A stretch of 40,292 bases of DNA from Cytophagales bacterium (GTDB taxonomy: Bacteria; Bacteroidota; Bacteroidia; Cytophagales; MED-G16), in contig JAPYTU010000003.1 of assembly GCA_029940715.1 (NCBI GenBank), positions 1 through 40,292 of the forward strand. The letters are read 5' to 3'. The notes below the pieces were generated by a model, which ran no database searches, was not told the DNA's origin, and saw nothing but the letters and a program-made list of their open reading frames with translations. A program made the position numbers and the translations under genes. Shown here piece after piece: positions 8,937 to 17,634 of this stretch. Position 1 is the stretch's first letter. Each line of letters opens with the position of its first letter.

Positions 8937-9599
8937 TTATTTAATTCCCGAATTTAATAATTTATAAAATTCATTCCTTTTATTATAAACATTAAAATCA
9001 CCACCATACATTTCAGTAATTGTAGAACAAGAATCATCTTTTATTCCTCTAGAAGTAACACATAAATGCTTTGCATCAATTACCACCATCACATTTTCAG
9101 TATCTAAAACAGTAATGAGTTCATTATAAATTTGAGTAGTTAATCTCTCTTGAACTTGAGGCCTATCAGAATAATATTTTACTATTCTGTTTAATTTTGA
9201 CAACCCAATTACTTTTCCACTTGAAATATAAGCTATATGAGCTTTTCCAATAATAGGTAAAAAATGGTGTTCACAAGTTGTATTAAGATTAATATTTTTT
9301 TCGATAAGCATCTTATTATAATTATACTTATTTTCAAACAATGAAATTTTAGGTTTATTCCTTGGATCTAAACCACCAAATATTTCATTAACATACATTT
9401 TTGCAACTCTATATGCTGTTCCTTTTAAACTATCATCATTTAAATCCAACCCTAACTCATCCAAAATAATCCTAAAATGATTTTCTATTGTTTTTATTTT
9501 TTCAAAATTAGATTTATTAAAAGCATTCTCTTTTAATGGTGTTTCAATTGAAAAATGTTCATGATTATCTCCTATCAATTCAATTTGTTTTGTTTCCAT
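8937..9599 (-). CDS. folE: GTP cyclohydrolase I
   Basis: CEHHF, IGLSKLNR, QVQERLT and HLCV.SRG. Confidence 0.97.
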   Translation of the reverse strand: METKQIELIGDNHEHFSIETPLKENAFNKSNFEKIKTIENHFRIILDELGLDLNDDSLKGTAYRVAKMYVNEIFGGLDPRNKPKISLFENKYNYNKMLIEKNINLNTTCEHHFLPIIGKAHIAYISSGKVIGLSKLNRIVKYYSDRPQVQERLTTQIYNELITVLDTENVMVVIDAKHLCVTSRGIKDDSCSTITEMYGGDFNVYNKRNEFYKLLNSGIK

Positions 9600-9625
9600 A
9601 GTTATAAGATTAGATTTAATTCAAT

Positions 9626-9642
9626 TATACTTATTAAGTATA
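9626..9642. promoter_or_regulatory. Perfect palindrome TATACTTA-T-TAAGTATA, candidate operator upstream of folE
   Basis: 8-bp inverted repeat with a 1-nt spacer, 26 nt upstream of the folE start. Confidence 0.5.
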
Positions 9643-9668
9643 TAAAAGTTTCATTAATAGAACAATAA

Positions 9669-11369
9669 TTAATTATTATTTTTCGATGTATCTCTTAAAG
9701 TAGTCGTTCTATTAAAAACCATATTATTATTATCACAATTATCTAGTTTAAAATATCCTTTTCTTTGAAATTGAAAATAATCATCATTTGAAGCTTTTTT
9801 TATAGATGGCTCAGCATAAACATTATCTAAAATTAATAATGACTGAGGATTAATATGAGACTTAAAATCGACTGATTGATCTCCATCTGGTGATTCTTTT
9901 TTAAAAAGTCTATCATAAACTCTAACATTTATATTAACTGCTTTACTTTTAGAAACCCAATGGATTGTTCCTTTTATTTTTCTTTTACTTTCAGGACTAC
10001 CAGATCCACTCCTAGATAAGGGGTCATAAGTACAATAAATTCTTTTTATTTGACCAAAACTATCTTTTTCTACTGAATTAGCTTTAATAATATAAGCATT
10101 TTTTAATCTTACTTCTTTTCCTATTGAAAGTCTAAAATATTTTCTATTTTCTTCTTCTTTAAAATCATCCCTTTCTATATAAAGATATTTAGAAAAAGGA
10201 ACATTTCTAAAACCATAACTGTCATCTTCAGGATTATTTTCAGCTTCTAAAATTTCTTCATTCCCATCAGGATAATTATCAATAATTAACTCAACAGGAT
10301 CTAAAACTACCATAACTCTTTTTGATATTTTATTTAATGTTTCCCTTGCGCAATAATCAAGCAAAGCATAATCAATTATATTTTCTCTTTTAGCCACACC
10401 TATTTTATCACAAAAATTAATAATTGATATAGGAGGAATACCTCTTCGTCTTAATCCAGATATTGTTGGCATTCTTGGATCATCCCATCCAGAAACAAGA
10501 TTTAACTCTACTAATTCAGCTAATTTTCTTTTACTCATTACTGTATAAGAAAGGTTTAATCGAGCAAATTCTCTTTGTTTAGGAATAATAGAATTATCGT
10601 CATTAGGTATTTTATTTAAAAACCAATCATATAATTCGCGATGTACTTCAAATTCTAAAGTACAAAAAGAATGAGATATTGATTCAATAAAATCAGACTG
10701 ACCATGAGCCCAATCATAAGTAGGATAAATTTTCCACTTATTTCCAGTTCTATGATGAGATGCATTAATAATTCTATACATCACAGGATCTCTCATATGC
10801 ATATTATGAGAACTCATATTAATTTTTGCTCTTAATACACAATCTCCAGACTTAAAATCTCCTCTTTTCATTTTCTCAAAAAGACTCAAATTTTCATCAA
10901 CACTTCTATTTCTAAATGGACTTTCCTTACCTGAGGAAGTAGGAGAACCCCTTTGAAGGGAAATTTTTTCTTGACTTTGATCATCTACGTACGCATCATT
11001 ATTTTTTATTAAAACAATAGCCCACTCATATAATTGATTGAAATAATCTGATGCATAACACTCCGAGGTATAATTGAAACCTAACCATTTAATATCTTGT
11101 TTAATTGATTCAATAAATTCAATGTCTTCTTTTTGAGGATTAGTATCATCAAATCTTAAATTAACTGAAGCACCAAATTTAATACCCAACCCAAAATTTA
11201 TACTAATTGATTTTGCATGACCTATATGTAAAAATCCATTAGGTTCAGGAGGAAATCTGAATTTTAAACTTTCTTTTTTTAAATTATTATCTAGATCAGA
11301 TCTAATAAGATCACTTAAAAAATTATCTTTCTGATTTAAAAATGTAGATTTTATAATTGAATCATTCAT
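9669..11369 (-). CDS. glnS: Glutamine--tRNA ligase
   Basis: RFPPEPNGFLHIGH, CTLEF and VMSKRKL. Confidence 0.97.
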   Translation of the reverse strand: MNDSIIKSTFLNQKDNFLSDLIRSDLDNNLKKESLKFRFPPEPNGFLHIGHAKSISINFGLGIKFGASVNLRFDDTNPQKEDIEFIESIKQDIKWLGFNYTSECYASDYFNQLYEWAIVLIKNNDAYVDDQSQEKISLQRGSPTSSGKESPFRNRSVDENLSLFEKMKRGDFKSGDCVLRAKINMSSHNMHMRDPVMYRIINASHHRTGNKWKIYPTYDWAHGQSDFIESISHSFCTLEFEVHRELYDWFLNKIPNDDNSIIPKQREFARLNLSYTVMSKRKLAELVELNLVSGWDDPRMPTISGLRRRGIPPISIINFCDKIGVAKRENIIDYALLDYCARETLNKISKRVMVVLDPVELIIDNYPDGNEEILEAENNPEDDSYGFRNVPFSKYLYIERDDFKEEENRKYFRLSIGKEVRLKNAYIIKANSVEKDSFGQIKRIYCTYDPLSRSGSGSPESKRKIKGTIHWVSKSKAVNINVRVYDRLFKKESPDGDQSVDFKSHINPQSLLILDNVYAEPSIKKASNDDYFQFQRKGYFKLDNCDNNNMVFNRTTTLRDTSKNNN

Positions 11370-11379
11370 TAATAATCAA

Positions 11380-11859
11380 TTATAAACTTGCATTATCTTT
11401 TTCAACCTTTTGAGCTAAATCTGTTTTAAATTTTTTAACAGCATTTGAAATTTCTTGATTTGAAATTCCAATCATCTGAGCAGCCAATATTCCTGCATTT
11501 TTTGCTCCATTTATAGCGACTGTTGCAACAGGAATTCCACTAGGCATTTGAACAGTAGACAATAAAGAATCCCAACCATCAATAGAATTTGAACTTTTAA
11601 TAGGAACTCCTATTACCGGTAAAGTTGTTAAAGATGCCATTACACCAGCTAGATGAGCAGCTCCTCCAGCTCCTGCAATAATTACCTTAGTACCATTATC
11701 AATTGCAGATTCTGAAAATTCAGCAGCTCTTTTTGGTGTTCTATGAGCAGACATAATTGAAACATCATTTTTAATACCGAAATAATCTAATATTTTAGAT
11801 GCTTCTCGCATAACTGGTAAATCTGATTTGCTTCCCATTACTATTGATACTTTTTCCAT
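11380..11859 (-). CDS. purE: N5-CAIR mutase
   Basis: MGSKSD, SAHRTP and GAGGAAHL. Confidence 0.97.
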   Translation of the reverse strand: MEKVSIVMGSKSDLPVMREASKILDYFGIKNDVSIMSAHRTPKRAAEFSESAIDNGTKVIIAGAGGAAHLAGVMASLTTLPVIGVPIKSSNSIDGWDSLLSTVQMPSGIPVATVAINGAKNAGILAAQMIGISNQEISNAVKKFKTDLAQKVEKDNASL

Positions 11860-11905
11860 AAAATTTATTTTGAAATTATTAAAAAGGTAAAACTAAACAA
11901 TAAGT

Positions 11906-12628
11906 TTAATTTTTTATATAATTCTTTACATCATCAAAGGAAATATTTCCTTCATAAAAAGCCTTTCCAAAAATTGCATTTTGAATTCCTAACTCTTTTA
12001 ATTTATATAAATCATTTAAACTTCTTATTCCTCCTCCAACTGTTAAAATAAGATTAGGAAATTTTTTAATAATTTTTTTGTACATCCTGATAGGAGGACC
12101 CTTTAATGAACCATCTCTAGTAACGTCAGTAACTTTAACATTTAGAAGTCCTTTTGATTGAAAATAATTTATATGATCAAAAACATTAATTTTAGTTTTC
12201 TGCTTCCAGCCATTAATCTTTAGACAATCATTAATTGTATCAGCTGCAAGAACAATTTTTTTATTTCCCCAAGACATTAGACAATTTACAAATTTATGTT
12301 TATCATATACAGGAAGTGTACCAAGCGTTACCTTACTTGCACCAGCAACAAAAGCCCCCCCTATTTGCTCCATAGTTCTTAATCCACCTGAATAATTTAT
12401 TTTCAATTTTGAAAATTGACTCAATATTTCTAACAATATAAAATTATTCTTTTCTAAAAATTTTGCTGAACCTAAATCAACAAGATAAACTTCTTTAATA
12501 CCAACATCTTCAAATTTTTTTAACAAATCTATTGGACTAACATCATAAACTTTTAAGGTTCTCAAATCACCAGATTTAACCCTAACAGTTTTGTTGTTCT
12601 TTATATATATCGATGCAATTATATTCAT
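11906..12628 (-). CDS. HisA/HisF-family TIM-barrel protein (HisA paralog, catalytic Asp8 replaced by Tyr)
   Basis: LVDL, GGLR, GW, TDVTRDG, GGGIRS and GKAFYEG are retained, but the N-terminus reads IIASIY instead of IIPAID. Confidence 0.85.
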   Translation of the reverse strand: MNIIASIYIKNNKTVRVKSGDLRTLKVYDVSPIDLLKKFEDVGIKEVYLVDLGSAKFLEKNNFILLEILSQFSKLKINYSGGLRTMEQIGGAFVAGASKVTLGTLPVYDKHKFVNCLMSWGNKKIVLAADTINDCLKINGWKQKTKINVFDHINYFQSKGLLNVKVTDVTRDGSLKGPPIRMYKKIIKKFPNLILTVGGGIRSLNDLYKLKELGIQNAIFGKAFYEGNISFDDVKNYIKN

Positions 12629-12671
12629 ATACTCTAGTAGGTAATTAAAATAAAAATGTAAAACAAATAAA

Positions 12672-13370
12672 TTAGTCTAAAACCATCAACTTAAATCCAT
12701 GACCATGAATTGTTTTTATTTGAACTTTGTCATTATGACTAAGATATTTTCTCAATTTAGCAATGTAGACATCCATACTTCTTGCATTATAATAAGAATC
12801 ATCACCCCAAATTTTTATTAAAGCATGATTTCTATCTACTTTTTCATTCAAATTAATACAAAATAATTTTAATAATTCATTCTCCTTAGTTGTTAAATTA
12901 ATTTTGGTGGTTCCAACAATTAACAAATTTTGCTTATGGAAAAAAGTAAAACTAGCAAACTTAAATTCGTCCTCTAATTCTATAACTTTTTTCTTTGGTA
13001 ATCTTTTTTGAATAGCCTTAATTCTAACTAAAAGTTCGTCAATGCTAAATGGTTTGGTTAAATAATCATCAGCTCCAATTTTAAATGCTTTTAAAACATT
13101 TTCTTTTTTAGATTTTGCTGTTAAAAATATTATAGGAATTTTATCATCTATTTTTCTTATATCTTGAGCAAGAGAAAATCCATCTTTTTTAGGCATCATA
13201 ATATCTAGGACAACAAAATCATATTGTTGATTTAAAAATTTTTTTAAACCAATCTCACCATTTTCAGCAATATCTGTATCAAACCCCTTCATTGATAAAT
13301 ATTCTAACAATACTTTACCAAGATTTGGATCATCTTCAACTATTAGTATTTTATTATTTTCCATTATCAA
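12672..13370 (-). CDS. OmpR-family response regulator (RprY-like)
   Basis: VEDD, LDIMMP, GADDYLTKPF and a winged helix with RSMDVYIAKLRK. The start may be the second Met. Confidence 0.92.
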   Translation of the reverse strand: MIMENNKILIVEDDPNLGKVLLEYLSMKGFDTDIAENGEIGLKKFLNQQYDFVVLDIMMPKKDGFSLAQDIRKIDDKIPIIFLTAKSKKENVLKAFKIGADDYLTKPFSIDELLVRIKAIQKRLPKKKVIELEDEFKFASFTFFHKQNLLIVGTTKINLTTKENELLKLFCINLNEKVDRNHALIKIWGDDSYYNARSMDVYIAKLRKYLSHNDKVQIKTIHGHGFKLMVLD

Positions 13371-14913
13371 TTTTAAATTTAATTAAAAATACAGAACCTT
13401 TGTTCTTATTGCTAGTTACCTGAATTGATGCGTCATGTTTTTCAAGCATATTTTTAACATAAGATAATCCTAAACCAAAACCCTTTACGTTATGAACATT
13501 GCCCTGTGGTTCTCTAAAAAATTTTTCAAAAATCTTATTAAAATTTCCTTTTTTTATACCAATTCCTTTATCAGCAATTTCAACAAATAAACTATCATTT
13601 TTATTATATGTTTTTACTAATATATCTGGATTTTCAACACTATACTTATTTGAATTATCTAATAAATTATTAATAATATTTAAAAGATGGACTCTGTTGC
13701 CATTTATAAATGAATTTCTAGCTTCTAGCTTCTGAGTTATAATTCCCTTTCTTTTTTCTATTTTAAATTTTATAATATCAACAGCTTTAGATAATATTAA
13801 ATGAATATCAAGTCTTTTAAAATCCAATTGTAAATTACCTTTCTCTAAAGTTGCAATTTGTAAAACCCTTTCAACTTGACTACTCAATCTTTTATTTTCA
13901 TCATCAATAATTCCTATGTATTTATCTTTAATTTTAGATGATCTATTTAAGTCGGCATCCATAAGAGCTTCGCAAGCAAGAGATATAGTTGAAATTGGAG
14001 TTTTAAGTTCATGTGTCATATTATCTATAAACTCATTTTTAATATCCGATAATTTTTTTTGTTCAAAGACCTTCAGGACAACATAATAAAAACAAATGAT
14101 AACTATAATTATAAATATTAAAGAGAAAAATAAATTCATCTGAGATCCCTTCATCAAAAAAGTGTTTTTATTAGGGAAATAAAGTCTAAGCTCTAAATCT
14201 GACTCTATTAAATCATTTTCAAACAAATTAATTTTATATATAGAATTAAATATTTTAATGTTTTCAGAATTTGACAATACTATTTCTTTTGATGTAGTAT
14301 TGATAACTATAAACCCGAAATCTATATTTATATTTCTTGTTGATAGAGCTTTAGATATCATATTTTGTATGACAGAAACATCAAGATCTAATGATATAGA
14401 CTTATCATTACTTAATAATTTATTTAATACAATTTGAATCATTTCAGACTTATCTAAGACCTTATCTATCTCTTTCTGTAAACTAGAATCGATTTTAAAA
14501 TCATCCAGATTCTCAACTAAAACAGAAGCATTAATATCTGAAGTACGATTATCATTATCGAAATTACTACCAGATTCAATATCAAATTGCAAAGAATTAG
14601 ATTTAAGCCCTTTATCAAGGTTATTTTCATCAATAGTTTTTTTACTAAACGTGTTTTCAATTAACTCAATCTGACCACTTTCAGTACTTCTATTTATTTT
14701 AAACTGTGCCTGCAAATTATCTTTAGTAAGATTTATTATTTCTTTTTCTTCAAGTCTTCTATTAACGTAAAAGAGAGCATCTTGAACATTTTTATTAAAC
14801 CTATCCTCATTCAATTCATTAATATCTAAAATCCAATTAAACTGGAAATAAAGAATAGCTAGTAATGAGGTTACTAGCAAAACAATGATTGAAATAAATT
14901 TACCTTTTGACAT
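13354..14913 (-). CDS. Sensor histidine kinase (RprX-like)
   Basis: Two TM segments, H-box NMTHELKTP, N-box NLLDNSNKY, DKGIG and GFGLGL. Confidence 0.93.
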   Translation of the reverse strand: MSKGKFISIIVLLVTSLLAILYFQFNWILDINELNEDRFNKNVQDALFYVNRRLEEKEIINLTKDNLQAQFKINRSTESGQIELIENTFSKKTIDENNLDKGLKSNSLQFDIESGSNFDNDNRTSDINASVLVENLDDFKIDSSLQKEIDKVLDKSEMIQIVLNKLLSNDKSISLDLDVSVIQNMISKALSTRNINIDFGFIVINTTSKEIVLSNSENIKIFNSIYKINLFENDLIESDLELRLYFPNKNTFLMKGSQMNLFFSLIFIIIVIICFYYVVLKVFEQKKLSDIKNEFIDNMTHELKTPISTISLACEALMDADLNRSSKIKDKYIGIIDDENKRLSSQVERVLQIATLEKGNLQLDFKRLDIHLILSKAVDIIKFKIEKRKGIITQKLEARNSFINGNRVHLLNIINNLLDNSNKYSVENPDILVKTYNKNDSLFVEIADKGIGIKKGNFNKIFEKFFREPQGNVHNVKGFGLGLSYVKNMLEKHDASIQVTSNKNKGSVFLIKFKIDNGK

Positions 14914-14920
14914 TATAACA

Positions 14921-14928
14921 CAAATTTA
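14921..14928 (-). promoter_or_regulatory. -7 promoter element TAAATTTG for the kinase/regulator operon
   Basis: Exact TAnnTTTG, only 7 nt before the ATG. Confidence 0.6.
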
Positions 14929-14996
14929 AAGAAAGTATCTATTTCAATAGAATTTAACGTCTATTAGTAATTTTTATTTAATTAATTTTAACTCAA

Positions 14997-15071
14997 GGGT
15001 TATTAGCTCAGTTGGTTCAGAGCACTGCCTTGACAGGGCAGGGGTCACTGGTTCGAATCCAGTATAACCCA
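14997..15071 (+). tRNA. tRNA-Val(GAC)
   Basis: Acceptor GGGTTAT/ATAACCC, D-stem GCTC/GAGC, anticodon arm CTGCC-TTGACAG-GGCAG and T-arm ACTGG-TTCGAAT-CCAGT. CCA is not encoded. Confidence 0.97.
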
Positions 15072-15160
15072 CTAATTATAATTCATTCTTAACATATTTA
15101 TTATTACTAGTTATGTAATAAAAATAATTTTTTATCTTCATCTAACAAAAATAAAATGAT

Positions 15161-15652
15161 ATGAAAAAAATAATTATGATTGCGTTAGTTTGTATTCTAA
15201 CGTCTTGTGCCCAAAACCAACAAAACCCAAACTTTGAAAAAAATGTTGAATTAGCTAAAAATTGGTTTAACACATTCACGGCTGAGGATTTAGAAGGTTG
15301 TGCTAAATTAATGAGCGATGATGTTGAATGGAGAAGTTGTCTTTATGGTGATCCACTTATGGATAAAGAAGCTACAATTACGTATATGAAGGGTTGGCAA
15401 GATGCTATGGAAAATATAACGTATACACCTGAAAATTACCTTCCTGGAGTTGATCCTGAAACAGGACAATTAAATGGTAGTGTGAGAACTTATGGAACTT
15501 GGACAGGAACAAACACAGAATCTGGAAAAAGTTTTGAGATATACATGTATCACTATTTTACGTTCAATGACGAAGGTAAAATTATTAATTCTGGTGATTT
15601 TGGAGATGCAACAGGAATGCTTCTAGCAGTTGCACCTGATGAAGTAGAATAA
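15161..15652 (+). CDS. NTF2/SnoaL-like lipoprotein
   Basis: Lipobox LTSC and SnoaL-like pattern (SDDVEW..., VRTYGTWTGT, YHYFTFNDEGKI..GDFGD). Visibly more GC-rich than its neighbours. Confidence 0.8.
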   Translation: MKKIIMIALVCILTSCAQNQQNPNFEKNVELAKNWFNTFTAEDLEGCAKLMSDDVEWRSCLYGDPLMDKEATITYMKGWQDAMENITYTPENYLPGVDPETGQLNGSVRTYGTWTGTNTESGKSFEIYMYHYFTFNDEGKIINSGDFGDATGMLLAVAPDEVE

Positions 15653-15664
15653 ATTAAAATATAA

Positions 15665-15688
15665 GTTCGATCCCAGCATAACCCACTA
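15665..15688 (+). repeat. Diverged duplicate of the tRNA-Val 3' end (attR-like)
   Basis: GTTCGATCCCAGCATAACCCACTA versus 15051-15074 GTTCGAATCCAGTATAACCCACTA, 21/24 identical. Confidence 0.85.
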
Positions 15689-15706
15689 TTTTTAAATTTA
15701 AAAATT

Positions 15707-16582
15707 ATGGAAGATATATTGCTAGTTAGAACCTTTACAATTATTGGTGGGATGTTAGTTATAACAACCATCTTTTCTAAAATAAATAAAGCATACGAAA
15801 CTTCTGCTGAAGCGTGGATTACAATAATTGGAGCATTTCTATTTTTTTTTCTTACTTATAATTATGCTAACCAGTATCCAATTAATCTTATTTATGCGGG
15901 CATATTTTCAGCCTTTATAGGCTGGGATTTAGGGCCTGGAATCGCATTTATGGGAGAAAAGATTAAGTTTAGAGAGTATCTAAAAAAAATAGAAGTCAAC
16001 AGTAAATTTATATATGAAAAAAGCACAAAAAAAACGCATGAATCCATAGCTGATAAATATTTTCGAAAACACGAAGATCTTACCAAAAAACTGGTCTTTT
16101 ATTATGAAAAAGATAGTTCAATAACATTTGGTGAAGATTCAAAGGAAATGCTTGAAATCCACAAACAGTTTAAAGAGAAGGTCACTCAAAAAGACATTGA
16201 CTCGTACAGTGAGAAATGGCAAAACATTGTATTTCAGGCACTGATAGCTACTACTCTCTCAGTTTTTTTAACGTTATTAGTAGTCTACATCACCGATTAC
16301 GATTTTGGCTTTCTTGGAATATTTTTATTTATATCGTTATTGGCACTAATAATTGTTCAACTATTAAATTATTTTATATTTAAATCAACTTGGTTCAGGA
16401 AAATAACTTCCTATGTTGGAATTCTAACTTTTACTCTTTATTTGGTATATGATTTTAACAGACTAGAAAAAGCAGTAGCTCAAGGAGATGAATCCTAGGA
16501 AACAGCTGTAAAAATAGCTGTGAAGCTCTATTTAGATATAATAAATTTATTTATGTATATTTTAGAACTTTTAGGTGGTTAA
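15707..16582 (+). pseudogene. Bax inhibitor-1/YccA (TMBIM) family membrane protein with an in-frame TAG at 16496-16498
   Basis: TM pattern with DFGFLG..LF..L and LVYDF. After the TAG the frame continues ETAVKIAVKLYLDIINLFMYILELLGG* (stop 16580-16582), the canonical family C-terminus. Confidence 0.85.
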
Positions 16583-16587
16583 AAAAT

Positions 16588-17397
16588 TTATAAATCCTTA
16601 CTATAAAGCACGGGATTAATTGGAGATGCTATTATTTCCCCTATTTTCACATTTGGACACCAGGTATTCCAATCATTTTTTTGACCATCATTTTCTGGAG
16701 ATTTTAATCTCATTTCATGATCAATAAAAATTACTGTCATTACCTTTCTCATCTTATTCGTTTTATTTGGACCAGCCCTATGAAAAACCCATCCTGAATG
16801 AAAACTAACTTCTCCTATATCAAAAGGCTCTATAACATGATCAAAATCTTTAATTCTCAATTTTTTATCCATAATTTCTTCACTATCATCACTTATAGAG
16901 AGATTTCTTCCCCTCTTAATTATATGACTTCTCGAACTGAATTCAAGAGGCCCCATTGATAGTGGAGTCTTTTGCAGAGGAATCCATACGGTTATGGTTT
17001 TATTAGATTCTACAGGCCAATAATATTGGTCAGCATGCCAAGGTGTTATACCGCCACCGGCTTCCTTAAAAAGAGCTTGATCATGGTATAACCTTACGCC
17101 TGTTACCCCCATCAAATCTGAAGCTATTTTAGCAAGTCTTTTACTGAACACAAAATCTCTTACGTCTTTATTATGTTGCCACAAATTAAATAATTGCAAA
17201 AACGCCTTCCCATACGTGTCTCTATTTTCCAACGGGACTTTAGTGGTTTCTATCGATTCTACGGTTTTAGAAATGGCTTCATTATAATGATCAATTGTTG
17301 CTTTATCAAACACATTTTTTAGTTTAATAAAGTTGTTTTTTCTAAAGAATTTTATTTGTTTTTCAGAAAGCAAATATGGATCATCTAACCTAACCAT
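16588..17397 (-). CDS. Phytanoyl-CoA dioxygenase (PhyH) family Fe(II)/2-OG oxygenase
   Basis: TPWHADQ (HxD), VWIPL, FHRAGPN and R.VMTV. Confidence 0.9.
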   Translation of the reverse strand: MVRLDDPYLLSEKQIKFFRKNNFIKLKNVFDKATIDHYNEAISKTVESIETTKVPLENRDTYGKAFLQLFNLWQHNKDVRDFVFSKRLAKIASDLMGVTGVRLYHDQALFKEAGGGITPWHADQYYWPVESNKTITVWIPLQKTPLSMGPLEFSSRSHIIKRGRNLSISDDSEEIMDKKLRIKDFDHVIEPFDIGEVSFHSGWVFHRAGPNKTNKMRKVMTVIFIDHEMRLKSPENDGQKNDWNTWCPNVKIGEIIASPINPVLYSKDL

Positions 17398-17406
17398 TTG
17401 AATTAA

Positions 17407-17628
17407 TTATCCATTACATTCTCCATTAGTAAAGCTTGTAACTCCAGCACTCTGAGCATAACAAGAGTTAGGGTAAGTTTTATCATCACAACCACAAACC
17501 GGATCATATATTTCAATACAGACTGCATTCAAATCAATTTTTGATTCATCAATACAGCTATCAACATTATCATCATCGCTGTTACAGCCAAAGGATAAAA
17601 AAAGTACTATTACATAAATAACTTTCAT
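17407..17628 (-). CDS. Kazal-type domain lipoprotein
   Basis: Lipobox SFGC and the pattern C.EIYDPVCGCDDKTYPNSC.A...G......GEC. Confidence 0.85.
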   Translation of the reverse strand: MKVIYVIVLFLSFGCNSDDDNVDSCIDESKIDLNAVCIEIYDPVCGCDDKTYPNSCYAQSAGVTSFTNGECNG

Positions 17629-17634
17629 TCTACT

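Noticed and set aside
11380-11859. purE without an adjacent purK
   Set aside because: purK can be unlinked, and this cannot be judged from one window.
15101-15121. TTATTAC-N7-GTAATAA inverted repeat after the tRNA
   Set aside because: Short, AT-rich and expected by chance. Too weak to call a terminator or operator.
3628-15688. One large island running from the integrase to the tRNA-Val repeat
   Set aside because: The intervening genes are core (gltX, glnS, purE, folE), the tRNA duplicate lies downstream of the tRNA, and the two repeat systems share no sequence.
16496-16498. Genome-wide TAG recoding or pyrrolysine
   Set aside because: TAG ends several full-length genes in this window, and no pyl genes or suppressor tRNA are seen.
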